Below are positions 19,426 to 28,279 of a stretch of DNA of 45,412 bases, piece by piece; position 1 is the first letter of the stretch, and each line of letters begins with the position of its first letter. The DNA lies in the NCBI GenBank assembly GCA_963739305.1, contig CAVTZU010000035.1, forward strand, positions 1 through 45,412, given 5' to 3'. Source of the stretch: Candidatus Bathyarchaeota archaeon. Its GTDB lineage: Archaea > Thermoproteota > Bathyarchaeia > Bathyarchaeales > Bathycorpusculaceae. The notes below the pieces were generated by a model. It did no database searches. It saw only the letters and a list, made by a program, of their open reading frames with translations, and had not been told where the DNA came from. Position numbers and translations under genes: made by a program.

Positions 19426-20346
19426 TTATGCTGGCTTCAGAGTTCTGAGATCTTTCAGCGTCGGCAACGATGTCCTTGCTCCCATCGCCATGATACATCG
19501 AGATGCAACGAAATTGCCGATTCTTGCACATTCGCAAATGCCTTTTCCAGAAAGCAATCCATAAATGAAGCCGGCGTCGAAAGCATCCCCTGCCCCAGTT
19601 GTGTCCAGGACTTCAACTTGGAAAGGCTCTACTAGATAGCTTTCTTTTCCATCGGTGACGTAACAACCTTTGTTTCCGAGCTTGACCGCCACCACTTTCA
19701 CACCGTGATCAATGAGTGATTTTGCACCAGTTCTAAACTTTCTTTCGCCGGTCAAGAGTCTAAGTTCAACTGCATTTGGCATCATGACAAAGGTGCTGTC
19801 AATTATGGATTTTAGTTTCGATAATCCCGCTCTGGCGTACAATGCTCCGGGATTCAAACTGATTTTCACTGTCTCAGCAAATCTGTCAACGAGGTTCCTC
19901 TGAGTCTCGAATGACTTCTCTCCAACGAAGGATGACAAATGCAGAAAACTTGTGTTCAGGACGTAATTTGAGTCAACATCATCGCTGTTTATTTCGTCAT
20001 TTACTCCTGGGTCGACGTAGAGGGCTCGTTGTCCGTCGTCGTCGACAAAACCCATTACCTTCCCGCTTCTTCCGTTTCTCGCGACTTTCGTCCCATTCGT
20101 ATCGACTTTTTCCTTTCTAAAGCCTTCGAGCAACGTTCTGCCTTCCTTGTCGTCTCCAACTTTGCCTATGAAGCCGACGTGGGCTCCTAATCTAGCGAGG
20201 CCCACGATTGTGTTTGCCGCCGAGCCACCGCATGTCTCCGAATAATCTTTTATGAAGCTTTCTTCTTCAGCACCGGCTATTCTGTTAACTTTGAACAGTT
20301 TGTCAACGTTGAGGGCGCCGAATCCTATTACATCAAACCTTTTCAT
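19426..20346 (-). CDS. PfkB/ribokinase-family (nucleoside-type) kinase
   Basis: [34 protein letters not shown]. Confidence 0.92.
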   Translation of the reverse strand: MKRFDVIGFGALNVDKLFKVNRIAGAEEESFIKDYSETCGGSAANTIVGLARLGAHVGFIGKVGDDKEGRTLLEGFRKEKVDTNGTKVARNGRSGKVMGFVDDDGQRALYVDPGVNDEINSDDVDSNYVLNTSFLHLSSFVGEKSFETQRNLVDRFAETVKISLNPGALYARAGLSKLKSIIDSTFVMMPNAVELRLLTGERKFRTGAKSLIDHGVKVVAVKLGNKGCYVTDGKESYLVEPFQVEVLDTTGAGDAFDAGFIYGLLSGKGICECARIGNFVASRCIMAMGARTSLPTLKDLRTLKPA

Positions 20347-21260
20347 TGAAACAGCTCTCTCAGAGGAATCTTGTGTTGACCTAGCTTCCCCCCGTAGTTG
20401 CCCGCAGAAATCCTTACAACATCTCTAACGCTTAAGGCAGCTTCTATGCTGGCTTTCATAGCCTGCTTGACAGCTGACATTGAAACGCCATTGATGACAA
20501 TTTCCGGTATATAACGGACTCCTTCAGGAACCATCGAGGCTTTGCCGAGTTTTTTCTTGAGAGAAGGGCAGTATTCGTGGTTTGTCGTTGGTCCAATCCA
20601 CGGAAACCTCGTTTCAGTCTTTGAGCCAGCGGAGCAGATGTCAAACGAAGTTATGACGCCGTTGACCTTGTGTATCGCTGCCAAAGCTTTGGCTCCTGCG
20701 TCCTTCAATGCTTGTTTGGTCTTGCACATCACCCAGAAGTTTGCGCCCATAACACCGTTGGCATAGCCTAAGTAGTGTTCGACTATGAAGTCTGGAACCA
20801 TTGTTGGAACGATGATCACTTCGCGGCCGAACCGTTTCTCCACCCATTCGTAGCCGTCACCGCAATGTCCTACGCGTTCCATCATGTCTATTTTTCCTTC
20901 AGGTTTGGACAAGGCGTCAAAAACGGCGGTGAACGGTTTCACCAGGATGTCTTGGCGTATTCGATACGAGAGTTCAATTTCAAATCTCTTTAGGCTGTCT
21001 GAAAAAGGCTTTTTTGAATCCGCCGAACCCCAGAACTGAAGGATCGCACCTGGACGTTTGTCTGGTGTTTGTTTTTCATTTATCCATTTTTCAATTCCGC
21101 CTTCGACTCTGCCGATTACTATCGAAGGAGTGGCAGTCGCATCTTGTGCGGCTTTCCTGACCGTTTCTTCATCGTCTGCTGTGACAGCAATTCGGCAGTA
21201 GAATCCGTCAAAGGCTTCAGCATAGGTATCTTCAATGATGTTTTTGTTAACCAAACTCAT
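20343..21260 (-). CDS. Formylmethanofuran:H4MPT formyltransferase-like protein (divergent Ftr paralogue)
   Basis: [46 protein letters not shown]; central motifs differ from canonical methanogen Ftr. Confidence 0.88.
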   Translation of the reverse strand: MSLVNKNIIEDTYAEAFDGFYCRIAVTADDEETVRKAAQDATATPSIVIGRVEGGIEKWINEKQTPDKRPGAILQFWGSADSKKPFSDSLKRFEIELSYRIRQDILVKPFTAVFDALSKPEGKIDMMERVGHCGDGYEWVEKRFGREVIIVPTMVPDFIVEHYLGYANGVMGANFWVMCKTKQALKDAGAKALAAIHKVNGVITSFDICSAGSKTETRFPWIGPTTNHEYCPSLKKKLGKASMVPEGVRYIPEIVINGVSMSAVKQAMKASIEAALSVRDVVRISAGNYGGKLGQHKIPLRELFQ

Positions 21261-22339
21261 CCCAACTCTCCGGCCACAATACCCCTCACTTTCTTCCTAA
21301 ACTTGCTGCTTTCCTCAGCGAGCTCTTGCATATTTTCTGTGGTGATTATTTTAGCTTTGGGCAAATCCTTTACGTGAGTCTCGAGGAACTTGTTGATCAA
21401 TGACGGATCTGCTGAGCTCTCGCATATCGTTTGAGGGCTCCATTTCGCTACCAGCTCCCTGGTTTTGTCTTTTCCACATCTAATGAAAACGTCGGCGACA
21501 ATGGCGGTTGCAAGAGCGTCATAAGATATTAGAGCAATTTCCGAGTTGCTGATTGCATACCGGTTTCCGTTGTAGGAGACGGTTAATCCGTCATTTTCTT
21601 TCACAAGCTTGAAGGCTTCTTCATCTGTTATGCTGTCGCCAACGTACATTACGTCGCCGAGAGCTAGGCTGGTTTTTTTGGCAATTTCGGCTACGGCATC
21701 GGCCTTTTCGAAACCGCCCACCGGGTTGACTTCTGAATATATTGCACCTATGCACATTTCTGTTATTTGTTCCCAGAAAATGGCGTCGAGCTCTTCAATT
21801 GTTGCTTGGACACTTTCTGGGAGTTCTTTCAAGCTCTTTGCGTCTGGAGGGACTTCAAAAATAGGCATTTCCGCGATCAATTGGGCAGATTTTTTAACTT
21901 GTGCTTTTTCCTTTGCGTCCATACTGTATTGGTCCAAGTTGAGTCTAGTGCAGTATGTATTGTTGAAAGGAAACTCCAGTTTCTTGCAGAGAGCTTTGAT
22001 GTAGTGTTCGTAGCTCGTGCTTACGATGTAAGTTGGCGCAATGCTGAGGATGTGTTGCATTGACTCTTTGGCGTTCGTTATCAGAATCAGGTTCTTGGCG
22101 CAGTACTCTCTTATTTTTCTGTCCGTTACATCATAGGCTTTGAGAAACGGCAGGACAAGTTTCAATGTGTCGCCTGCTTTGTAACCTGCTCTCTTCAAAA
22201 TGTCCGCGAGTGCATCGTCATATCTGCTTGTTACTGCGAAGATCTTGTCCCCGTTCGGAACAAAATGTGACATTATTTCGAGTGCATTGTCGTTCTTGGA
22301 AATTGGGCCTTCACAGTCTGAGATGAAAGCTCTCGTCAC
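21257..22339 (-). CDS. HAD-superfamily hydrolase (COG4030/EhaR-like)
   Basis: Motif I variant DCEGP, VSTSY, GG.EK, motif [10 protein letters not shown]; GTGA overlap with purD and ATGA overlap with the ftr-like gene. Confidence 0.8.
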   Translation of the reverse strand: MTRAFISDCEGPISKNDNALEIMSHFVPNGDKIFAVTSRYDDALADILKRAGYKAGDTLKLVLPFLKAYDVTDRKIREYCAKNLILITNAKESMQHILSIAPTYIVSTSYEHYIKALCKKLEFPFNNTYCTRLNLDQYSMDAKEKAQVKKSAQLIAEMPIFEVPPDAKSLKELPESVQATIEELDAIFWEQITEMCIGAIYSEVNPVGGFEKADAVAEIAKKTSLALGDVMYVGDSITDEEAFKLVKENDGLTVSYNGNRYAISNSEIALISYDALATAIVADVFIRCGKDKTRELVAKWSPQTICESSADPSLINKFLETHVKDLPKAKIITTENMQELAEESSKFRKKVRGIVAGELG

Positions 22340-23745
22340 GACGTGCGCCTCAGTTTTCTGAGATGCCCCTTGCTTTTCTTTATGTTGGTTTCTGATGCTA
22401 CGTCGGTCCTGTTCCAGAGGGCTCCGCCTTTGATTGCTTCTAGGCCTTCAAGCGAAATCTGTCTTGCAGCTTCAATCGTGTCGCCGATGCCGATAGCGCA
22501 GATGGCTCGGGACTTTAGCGCGTAGACCTTGTTGTTGCGTTGCTCCATCGCCCCGGGATAAATTCGTATGTCGTTGCCAAATCTCTTCCTCAGCTCGTAT
22601 GCTTTTGACAGGTCAACAGGTCTCCCTATCTCGTTTTTGTCCACTGAAGCGGGAAACGTTTCATCATAGCCGCCGTATGAGGGTGGAACCTTGTAGGTGA
22701 CGACGGTTGCGGCTTTCGTCAGCTCGATCTTGTCTAGGGTGCCTTCGATCATCTTGAAGCAGACGTCGACAAAATCGTCCTTCAAGATTGGCAATATGTT
22801 CATTATTTCTGGGTCTCCGGGGCGACTGTTGTTCTCCAGTATTTTCAATCCTCTACCCGTGTGCATAAAGGCAACATAGAGGGGAGTTCCTCGCAATGCC
22901 GTGTCTTCTTTTCCTTTCCATTTCCGGAAGATGCTTTCAATGACTCTGATTTCCTTAGCTCGATCGCTCTCAGTCAGAAATGGCAGTACGTCACCGACCC
23001 CTTTGTACGAACCCATACCGCCTGTGTTGGGTCCTTTGTCGTTGTCGAATGCACGCTTGTAGTCTCTTGTGTCAGGCAACGGTACAAAGTGCTTTCCGTC
23101 GCAGAAAGCTTGAAAACTCGATTCCTCACCACCGATTTTTTCTTCCACTATCACGGGGCCATATTGATAATTGGACAGGAAGTGCTCGAAGAGCTGTTTT
23201 CGACTTTTGAAGTGGTCTCCCCAGACTCCCACGCCTTTCCCAGCCGTTGGCTTATCCGGCTTCACGACGGCTTTGTTGTCCAGTTCATCTAACCAATCGT
23301 AGACTGCCTTCTTCACTTTGCTAATGTTCTTGTGGTTTTTGGGGTTGAAAACTCTAAAGCGGGGGTTTACTTCTGGTGCAATCTCATCGAAAAGTAGTCG
23401 CTGCTGAACCTTGCTCTCTTCTATCGCGTATTGTTTGGTTGGACAGACCATCGGTATGGATGTTTCTTTTTCAATTAGGTCCCGAATTCCCTCGATGATC
23501 GGTTTTTCTGGACCGACAATTCCGAAATCAATTCGGCTCTTGTTTTCCTCAGCGAACTTGCATATCTCTTCAATGTTTAGGTCAGGTACTACGACGTGTT
23601 TCGCGGCTTTTTGAACGTTGAATGGGTTTTGCTGTTTGTCCGCAACGTAGAGTTCGACTCTGTACTTGGAACTTCGGGCAAAGGCATCTACCATAGCCGC
23701 TTCTCTTGAACCGTACGAAACGACAAGTATCCCTACCTTCTCCAC
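22336..23745 (-). CDS. purD: Phosphoribosylamine-glycine ligase
   Basis: GSRE, VGPE.P..EG, GKGV, EE.I.GEE.S, DYKRAFDND.GPNTGGMG, NSRPGDPE. Confidence 0.92.
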   Translation of the reverse strand: MEKVGILVVSYGSREAAMVDAFARSSKYRVELYVADKQQNPFNVQKAAKHVVVPDLNIEEICKFAEENKSRIDFGIVGPEKPIIEGIRDLIEKETSIPMVCPTKQYAIEESKVQQRLLFDEIAPEVNPRFRVFNPKNHKNISKVKKAVYDWLDELDNKAVVKPDKPTAGKGVGVWGDHFKSRKQLFEHFLSNYQYGPVIVEEKIGGEESSFQAFCDGKHFVPLPDTRDYKRAFDNDKGPNTGGMGSYKGVGDVLPFLTESDRAKEIRVIESIFRKWKGKEDTALRGTPLYVAFMHTGRGLKILENNSRPGDPEIMNILPILKDDFVDVCFKMIEGTLDKIELTKAATVVTYKVPPSYGGYDETFPASVDKNEIGRPVDLSKAYELRKRFGNDIRIYPGAMEQRNNKVYALKSRAICAIGIGDTIEAARQISLEGLEAIKGGALWNRTDVASETNIKKSKGHLRKLRRTS

Positions 23746-23797
23746 GATCGATCAACCTCGTTTCAAGATTTATCGTGAAAATCTCAGGTCCAATCGT

Positions 23798-25306
23798 TCA
23801 AGAGGCTTCTTGGATCGCCTCTTCCATCTCATACAGCCTTTCTTTCTCTTCAAACCCGTTCTCGAATCGCTTTTTCATCTCATCCGCTATCTTTTGCGCT
23901 AGAGGCGTTGGATACCTGCCGGTTATGCAACCTGTGCATAGTTCGTTTTGCTTGAAACCTATGGCTTTGACGAGGCCCTTCAGTGATTGATAGCAGACAG
24001 AATCCGCTCCTATGGCTTTCGCGATTTGTTCCGTGGTATGCGTGGAGCCTATGAGTTGTCCGTACGTTGACATGTCTATGCCGTAGAAGCACGGTCCGAT
24101 TATGCGGGGAAACGTCACGAAAACGCACACTTTCTTGGCACCCATCCTGCGCAGTTTGTCAACTATGACTTTTGTCGTGTCGCCTCTGACTATGCTGTCT
24201 TCGGTTACTATGATGCGTTTTCCGTTGATTTTTGGTCCCAAGATGTTGACCTTTCTGTCTATGGTTGGGTTTCGATCTTTGTTAAGCAAGATGAAGGCTC
24301 TTTCAGTCACGTATCGGTGTCTGCGAGATGCTCTTTCCCATCGTAGTCCCGACTCATCATGAACGCCTAGTGCTGAGTCGTCACCGGTCTCTGGAACGGA
24401 CAATATTACGTCAGCGTCCTTGACAACGTCTGGGTTTTCCTTCACCAGGTTTCTTCCAAACTCTTCACGCACTTCGTAAACATATTTGGTGTCAAACCGC
24501 GAGTCGGGTCTCGCGAAATACGCAAATTCAAATGCGCAGAAGGCTTTCCTTTCATTGCTGACGAGTTTGTGCCTTTCAAATCCGTCTTTCGTGACCGTTA
24601 CAAGTTCTCCTGGTTCAAGCTCAAAATCTCTCGTGAAGCCGTTTATGTCCAGGCTGGCAGTTTCTGAGGAGAAGGCGTACGTTTTGTTATCGGAAGCGTG
24701 TCCCGCACACAACGGTCTTATACCATGTGGGTCCTTGAAGGCGAAGAACTCGCCTTTCTGGTTGATGCAAGCTACAGAGAAGGCTCCGTCGATTTCTTTC
24801 ATGGATGTTTTTACGGCTGAGGGTATGGATTTGCCCTTCAGAAACTCGATCAGAAGTTTGTGACAGATCAGGTCAGAGTCGCATTCATATGAAAATCGAG
24901 GGAACTGGCGGCATATTTCTTTCTTGAGTTGAAACGTGTTTACAACGTTGCCGTTGAATGAGACTGCAATTTTGAGTCCTTTCTTTGACGCCGTCATTGG
25001 CTGGGTTCCTCTGATTAAGGATGATTCATCGCATTTTCCCGAGGTAGTGTACCTCACGTTTCCAATACCAATGCTGCCAGGCAGGCGTCCGAACCATGCA
25101 GTAATCGCGCTAGTTTTTAACTTTGGAACTAGGTCCAGATTTCGGTGAACGTGGAATCGTCCATCGAGATAAGTGAGAAAGCCATGCGACTGATGTCCTC
25201 TGTGGTTTTGGGCTCTCATGCCCCAGTATATGTACGGAAAGACGGGTCGATTATCATAATTTATGGCGGCAAATACTCCGCATTCGATCCCCAGTTCGTC
25301 TTCCAT
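23798..25306 (-). CDS. purF: Amidophosphoribosyltransferase (propeptide and 4Fe-4S type)
   Basis: Short leader then ECGVF, HRG, VRY.T.G, NGN, FE..YFARPDS, DSIVRG.T, PCFYGID, LCTGC.TG.YP; TATA position favours ATG 25306. Confidence 0.94.
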   Translation of the reverse strand: MEDELGIECGVFAAINYDNRPVFPYIYWGMRAQNHRGHQSHGFLTYLDGRFHVHRNLDLVPKLKTSAITAWFGRLPGSIGIGNVRYTTSGKCDESSLIRGTQPMTASKKGLKIAVSFNGNVVNTFQLKKEICRQFPRFSYECDSDLICHKLLIEFLKGKSIPSAVKTSMKEIDGAFSVACINQKGEFFAFKDPHGIRPLCAGHASDNKTYAFSSETASLDINGFTRDFELEPGELVTVTKDGFERHKLVSNERKAFCAFEFAYFARPDSRFDTKYVYEVREEFGRNLVKENPDVVKDADVILSVPETGDDSALGVHDESGLRWERASRRHRYVTERAFILLNKDRNPTIDRKVNILGPKINGKRIIVTEDSIVRGDTTKVIVDKLRRMGAKKVCVFVTFPRIIGPCFYGIDMSTYGQLIGSTHTTEQIAKAIGADSVCYQSLKGLVKAIGFKQNELCTGCITGRYPTPLAQKIADEMKKRFENGFEEKERLYEMEEAIQEAS

Positions 25307-25328
25307 GACTGGGCAATAACAGAAGGGG

Positions 25329-25345
25329 TATTTATCAGTTTTTAG
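25329..25345 (-). promoter_or_regulatory. BRE/TATA promoter of the purF-purD-HAD-ftr-pfkB operon
   Basis: Reverse complement ctaaaaactgataaata about 23 nt upstream of ATG 25306. Confidence 0.55.
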
Positions 25346-25401
25346 CACATTTTTAACTAAAAACCATGGTGACTTTTACAAAAACAATGCTAAACCCTGG
25401 A

Positions 25402-26718
25402 TCATGGCGTAAGTCTGAATTTATCTCGAGGATAAAGCGTAACTTCCCTTATGTTCTTTCTTCCTGTAAGCATCATCGTGAATCTTTCAAGCCCGATCGC
25501 CCAGCCTGCGTGCGGCGGCATACCGTAATCAAAGGCATCCAGGTGATGCTTGAACGATTCGGGGTTCAGGCCTCTCTCCTTCAAGCGTTTTATCAGAAGC
25601 TCTTTGGAAGATATCCTCGTGCCTCCAGAGACGAGTTCCAGCCACCGCCACATCAGGTCAAAGCCCTCGCATATTTCCGGCTTCTCATTCCGAGGTTTTA
25701 TGTAAAAAGCCTTGGATTTCGTAGGCCAGTCGACGATGAAAAAGAAGTAAGGATGCAGCTTTCCGAGCGTTCTTAATGCCGGCGTTGGTATGTCTTCGCC
25801 CCATGGAATATCTACGTCTTCATTCTTCAGCTCTTCCAGAAGCTGAGAGTATGTTAGTCTTTTGAAAGGAACTTCAGGCACCTTCACGGTGTGCTTCAAG
25901 ATGTGCAGTTCTCTTCTACACTTTTCAGCCACTGTCTTGCAGACCTTTTGCATCAGTTGTTCAAGTATTTGCATCACGTCCTCGGCATCAGCGAAGGCTT
26001 CCTCGATGTCTATCGACACGAACTCGCTCAGGTGATGACGTGTGTGTGATTCTTCAGCTCTGAAGAAAGGTCCCATTTCAAAAACTTTCTCAAGACTCAT
26101 GACCAGCTCTTCTTTGTACAGTTGCGGGCTCTGCGCAAGGTACGCTTTTCGATCAAAGTAGTCAAGTTGAAACAGCTCTGCACCACCTTCCGTTGCCGAA
26201 GCAATTATGCGAGGAGTGTGGACCTCCAAGAAACCTCTTTCGAACAAGAAGTGTCTCGTTATCTCCACGGCTTCGTGTTGGATCTTGAAGACCGCAATGT
26301 TTCTTTCCAGAGACATGTCTAAGGCTCGTGCGTCCAGACAAACCTCCAGGTTCGCAGGTGTCTTCCCACAAATGTCTATTGGCAAGGGTTCGGCCGTGTT
26401 GAAAATTCTAATCTCCTTCGGAATCACTTCGACGCCTCTTGAAGTCATGTTTGTCTTCTTGACAGCTCCTTTAACGCCTATTGCGTACCTCTTTTGCAGG
26501 ATATCTGACTTCGATACGACTTCGTTGTCAGCCTTTTTTCGAAGTACAGTCACCTGTATCGTTCCTTCCCTGTCCTGAAGTATTATGAAGCGAATTCCAC
26601 CGAGATCTCTGATTTCTTGAACCCAGCCGAACAACGTGACCTCCTGGCCGTCGATCTCGGGTTTCACGTCCGCTGAATAATGTGTTCTTCGCCAATCACC
26701 AATAGAATCCATGTTCAT
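25402..26718 (-). CDS. aspS: Aspartyl-tRNA synthetase (archaeal type)
   Basis: RTHYS, GWV.EIRDLGG, EGGA, LAQSPQLYK, FRAE, GMPPHAG.AIGLER, PRD. Confidence 0.96.
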   Translation of the reverse strand: MNMDSIGDWRRTHYSADVKPEIDGQEVTLFGWVQEIRDLGGIRFIILQDREGTIQVTVLRKKADNEVVSKSDILQKRYAIGVKGAVKKTNMTSRGVEVIPKEIRIFNTAEPLPIDICGKTPANLEVCLDARALDMSLERNIAVFKIQHEAVEITRHFLFERGFLEVHTPRIIASATEGGAELFQLDYFDRKAYLAQSPQLYKEELVMSLEKVFEMGPFFRAEESHTRHHLSEFVSIDIEEAFADAEDVMQILEQLMQKVCKTVAEKCRRELHILKHTVKVPEVPFKRLTYSQLLEELKNEDVDIPWGEDIPTPALRTLGKLHPYFFFIVDWPTKSKAFYIKPRNEKPEICEGFDLMWRWLELVSGGTRISSKELLIKRLKERGLNPESFKHHLDAFDYGMPPHAGWAIGLERFTMMLTGRKNIREVTLYPRDKFRLTP

Positions 26719-26740
26719 GAATTTCTCCACCGGTCTCAGA

Positions 26741-27250
26741 CTAGTCTGCGAATTCCACACGTAACGTTATGTTTCGAACCTTACTTGCAATGTCTTTCAG
26801 AGGTTTCATGTCAAAAGACTGTCGTCCTCCATGTCTCCTTCGCAGGATCACGCGTGTTTCCATGCTTCCGTCGGGAAGCCATATTGTGTTGATCGTGATG
26901 ATGTTCATGGGTGCAAAAAGGTCTTCTAAGAATTTCCTGTCATCGACACCGTTCTCCAAGATGCGAATATTCCTGCCAGTTTCGTCACCCAGAGCATGCA
27001 CAATTTTGCCGCCATAGCCTAAGAGCCTTGGCACGTCACCCGGACCCACAACTATTGCAAGAGTTCCATCTGCATCAATGGCTTTGTGAAAATACACGTT
27101 CTGAAGCGACGGATACTTCTCCTCTAAAGACATCAAAAGACGAGCTATCTTTAAGTCTAGCTCGCTTATTTCTCCAGACTTCACTTTAGCTAAACACTTT
27201 TGGCAGAGTATACCGCTCTTCAGGCAGAAACTGCAAAGGCCCATCTTCAA
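26741..27250 (-). CDS. Zn-finger + KH-domain protein (archaeal NusA-like)
   Basis: CSFCLKSGILCQKC then LLGYGGKIV KH-like GxxG loop; start likely TTG 27250 or ATG 27244. Confidence 0.75.
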   Translation of the reverse strand: MKMGLCSFCLKSGILCQKCLAKVKSGEISELDLKIARLLMSLEEKYPSLQNVYFHKAIDADGTLAIVVGPGDVPRLLGYGGKIVHALGDETGRNIRILENGVDDRKFLEDLFAPMNIITINTIWLPDGSMETRVILRRRHGGRQSFDMKPLKDIASKVRNITLRVEFAD

Positions 27251-27317
27251 AGATAGAACTGCCCTCCGCAAACAAAGGAGGGGCGGCGGAGCATTGAGTC
27301 TATGGCAGATACGTTTT

Positions 27318-27596
27318 CTAGCGTTCGAGCCAAATTTCGATAGTGCTCACGTTTGAAGGCGAGCCACCCTCTTCCCTGGGTGCCATCTGCTGTGTTCCGA
27401 TGCCGATTTGCTTGACCTTAACGTCTGGTAGGAATCGGCGTCTGACGACTTCGACGACGTCGACGGCCCTGCTTATAGACCTACCTCGCGCTTTGACCTT
27501 TACTTCCTTCGCTCCGCCGTGAAAGAGGGTTATGCATGCCAGTACATAGTTCATTACTGGCTTGATTCCGATCAACACTGCATTGCTTTCAGACAT
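27318..27596 (-). CDS. albA: DNA/RNA-binding protein Alba
   Basis: [34 protein letters not shown]. Confidence 0.96.
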   Translation of the reverse strand: MSESNAVLIGIKPVMNYVLACITLFHGGAKEVKVKARGRSISRAVDVVEVVRRRFLPDVKVKQIGIGTQQMAPREEGGSPSNVSTIEIWLER

Positions 27597-27792
27597 TTTG
27601 TACCGCCTTACTCCTAGTTTATTTTTTTCTGTAGGCTCGATAACCTTCCTTCTCGGAGGATAAATACATTACGGTTATAGATTTGCATTGAAGAAAGCGT
27701 CAAATTTGAATGTTTTTCATCTAATTTGATCATGCCATGACTGAAAACTTAAAGAACCTACCACTGTAAAACTCTGACTAATCAGACCCAAC

Positions 27793-28266
27793 ATGGAGGA
27801 GTGGGATATGGAAACCCTGACGAGACGGTCGACACATCTGCTTCGGATGCTGTATGAACAAGGTAAGTCGACGAACACGTTCACACTGCATCTGAAACAG
27901 GACGAGCTAGCGAAACAGCTCGGAATAAGCAGACAGGCTTTGAACGTTCATTTGAGAAAACTTCGAGACCTCAACTACATACGTACCGGAAGAGGGTTCA
28001 TAGATGTAACAGAGCAGGGTTTGGGTGCAGTTGGGATATCTTCTACACCCGCGTTTATACTGATCAAAGTTTCACCTCTCAAAAGAAGCTATGCATATCA
28101 AAAGATCAAGGAGTTAAGAGTTCAGAGAGCCTACAGAATCGCAGGAGATGTCGACGTGCTCGCGATGGTGGAACGAGAGAAATTGGACGAAGTTCTAAAA
28201 AGGCTGTCTTCAATCGACGGTATAAAGGACACCAAATCCTACGTCACGATTGAAGCGATACGGTGA
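27793..28266 (+). CDS. Lrp/AsnC-family regulator (HTH + RAM)
   Basis: QDELAKQLGISRQALNVHLRKL; YRIAGDVDVLA..I.GI.DT.SYV. Confidence 0.85.
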   Translation: MEEWDMETLTRRSTHLLRMLYEQGKSTNTFTLHLKQDELAKQLGISRQALNVHLRKLRDLNYIRTGRGFIDVTEQGLGAVGISSTPAFILIKVSPLKRSYAYQKIKELRVQRAYRIAGDVDVLAMVEREKLDEVLKRLSSIDGIKDTKSYVTIEAIR

Positions 28267-28279
28267 GGAGGGTTAAGAT

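Noticed and set aside
20343-21260. Ftr gene as evidence of methanogenesis or a Wood-Ljungdahl operon
   Set aside because: No fwd, mch, mtd, mer, mtr or mcr genes nearby; divergent paralogue in a purine context
21257-22339. Energy-converting hydrogenase subunit (EhaR name)
   Set aside because: No hydrogenase or antiporter-like subunits in the window; the sequence is a soluble HAD-fold protein
25402-26718. Calling AspRS discriminating or non-discriminating
   Set aside because: Anticodon-domain signature is ambiguous by eye (GWVQ, but TSRG rather than a Pro-containing loop)
27264-27291. ctccgc/gcggag hairpin masking the SD of the KH gene downstream of alba
   Set aside because: Only a 6-bp stem with a 16-nt loop; could arise by chance
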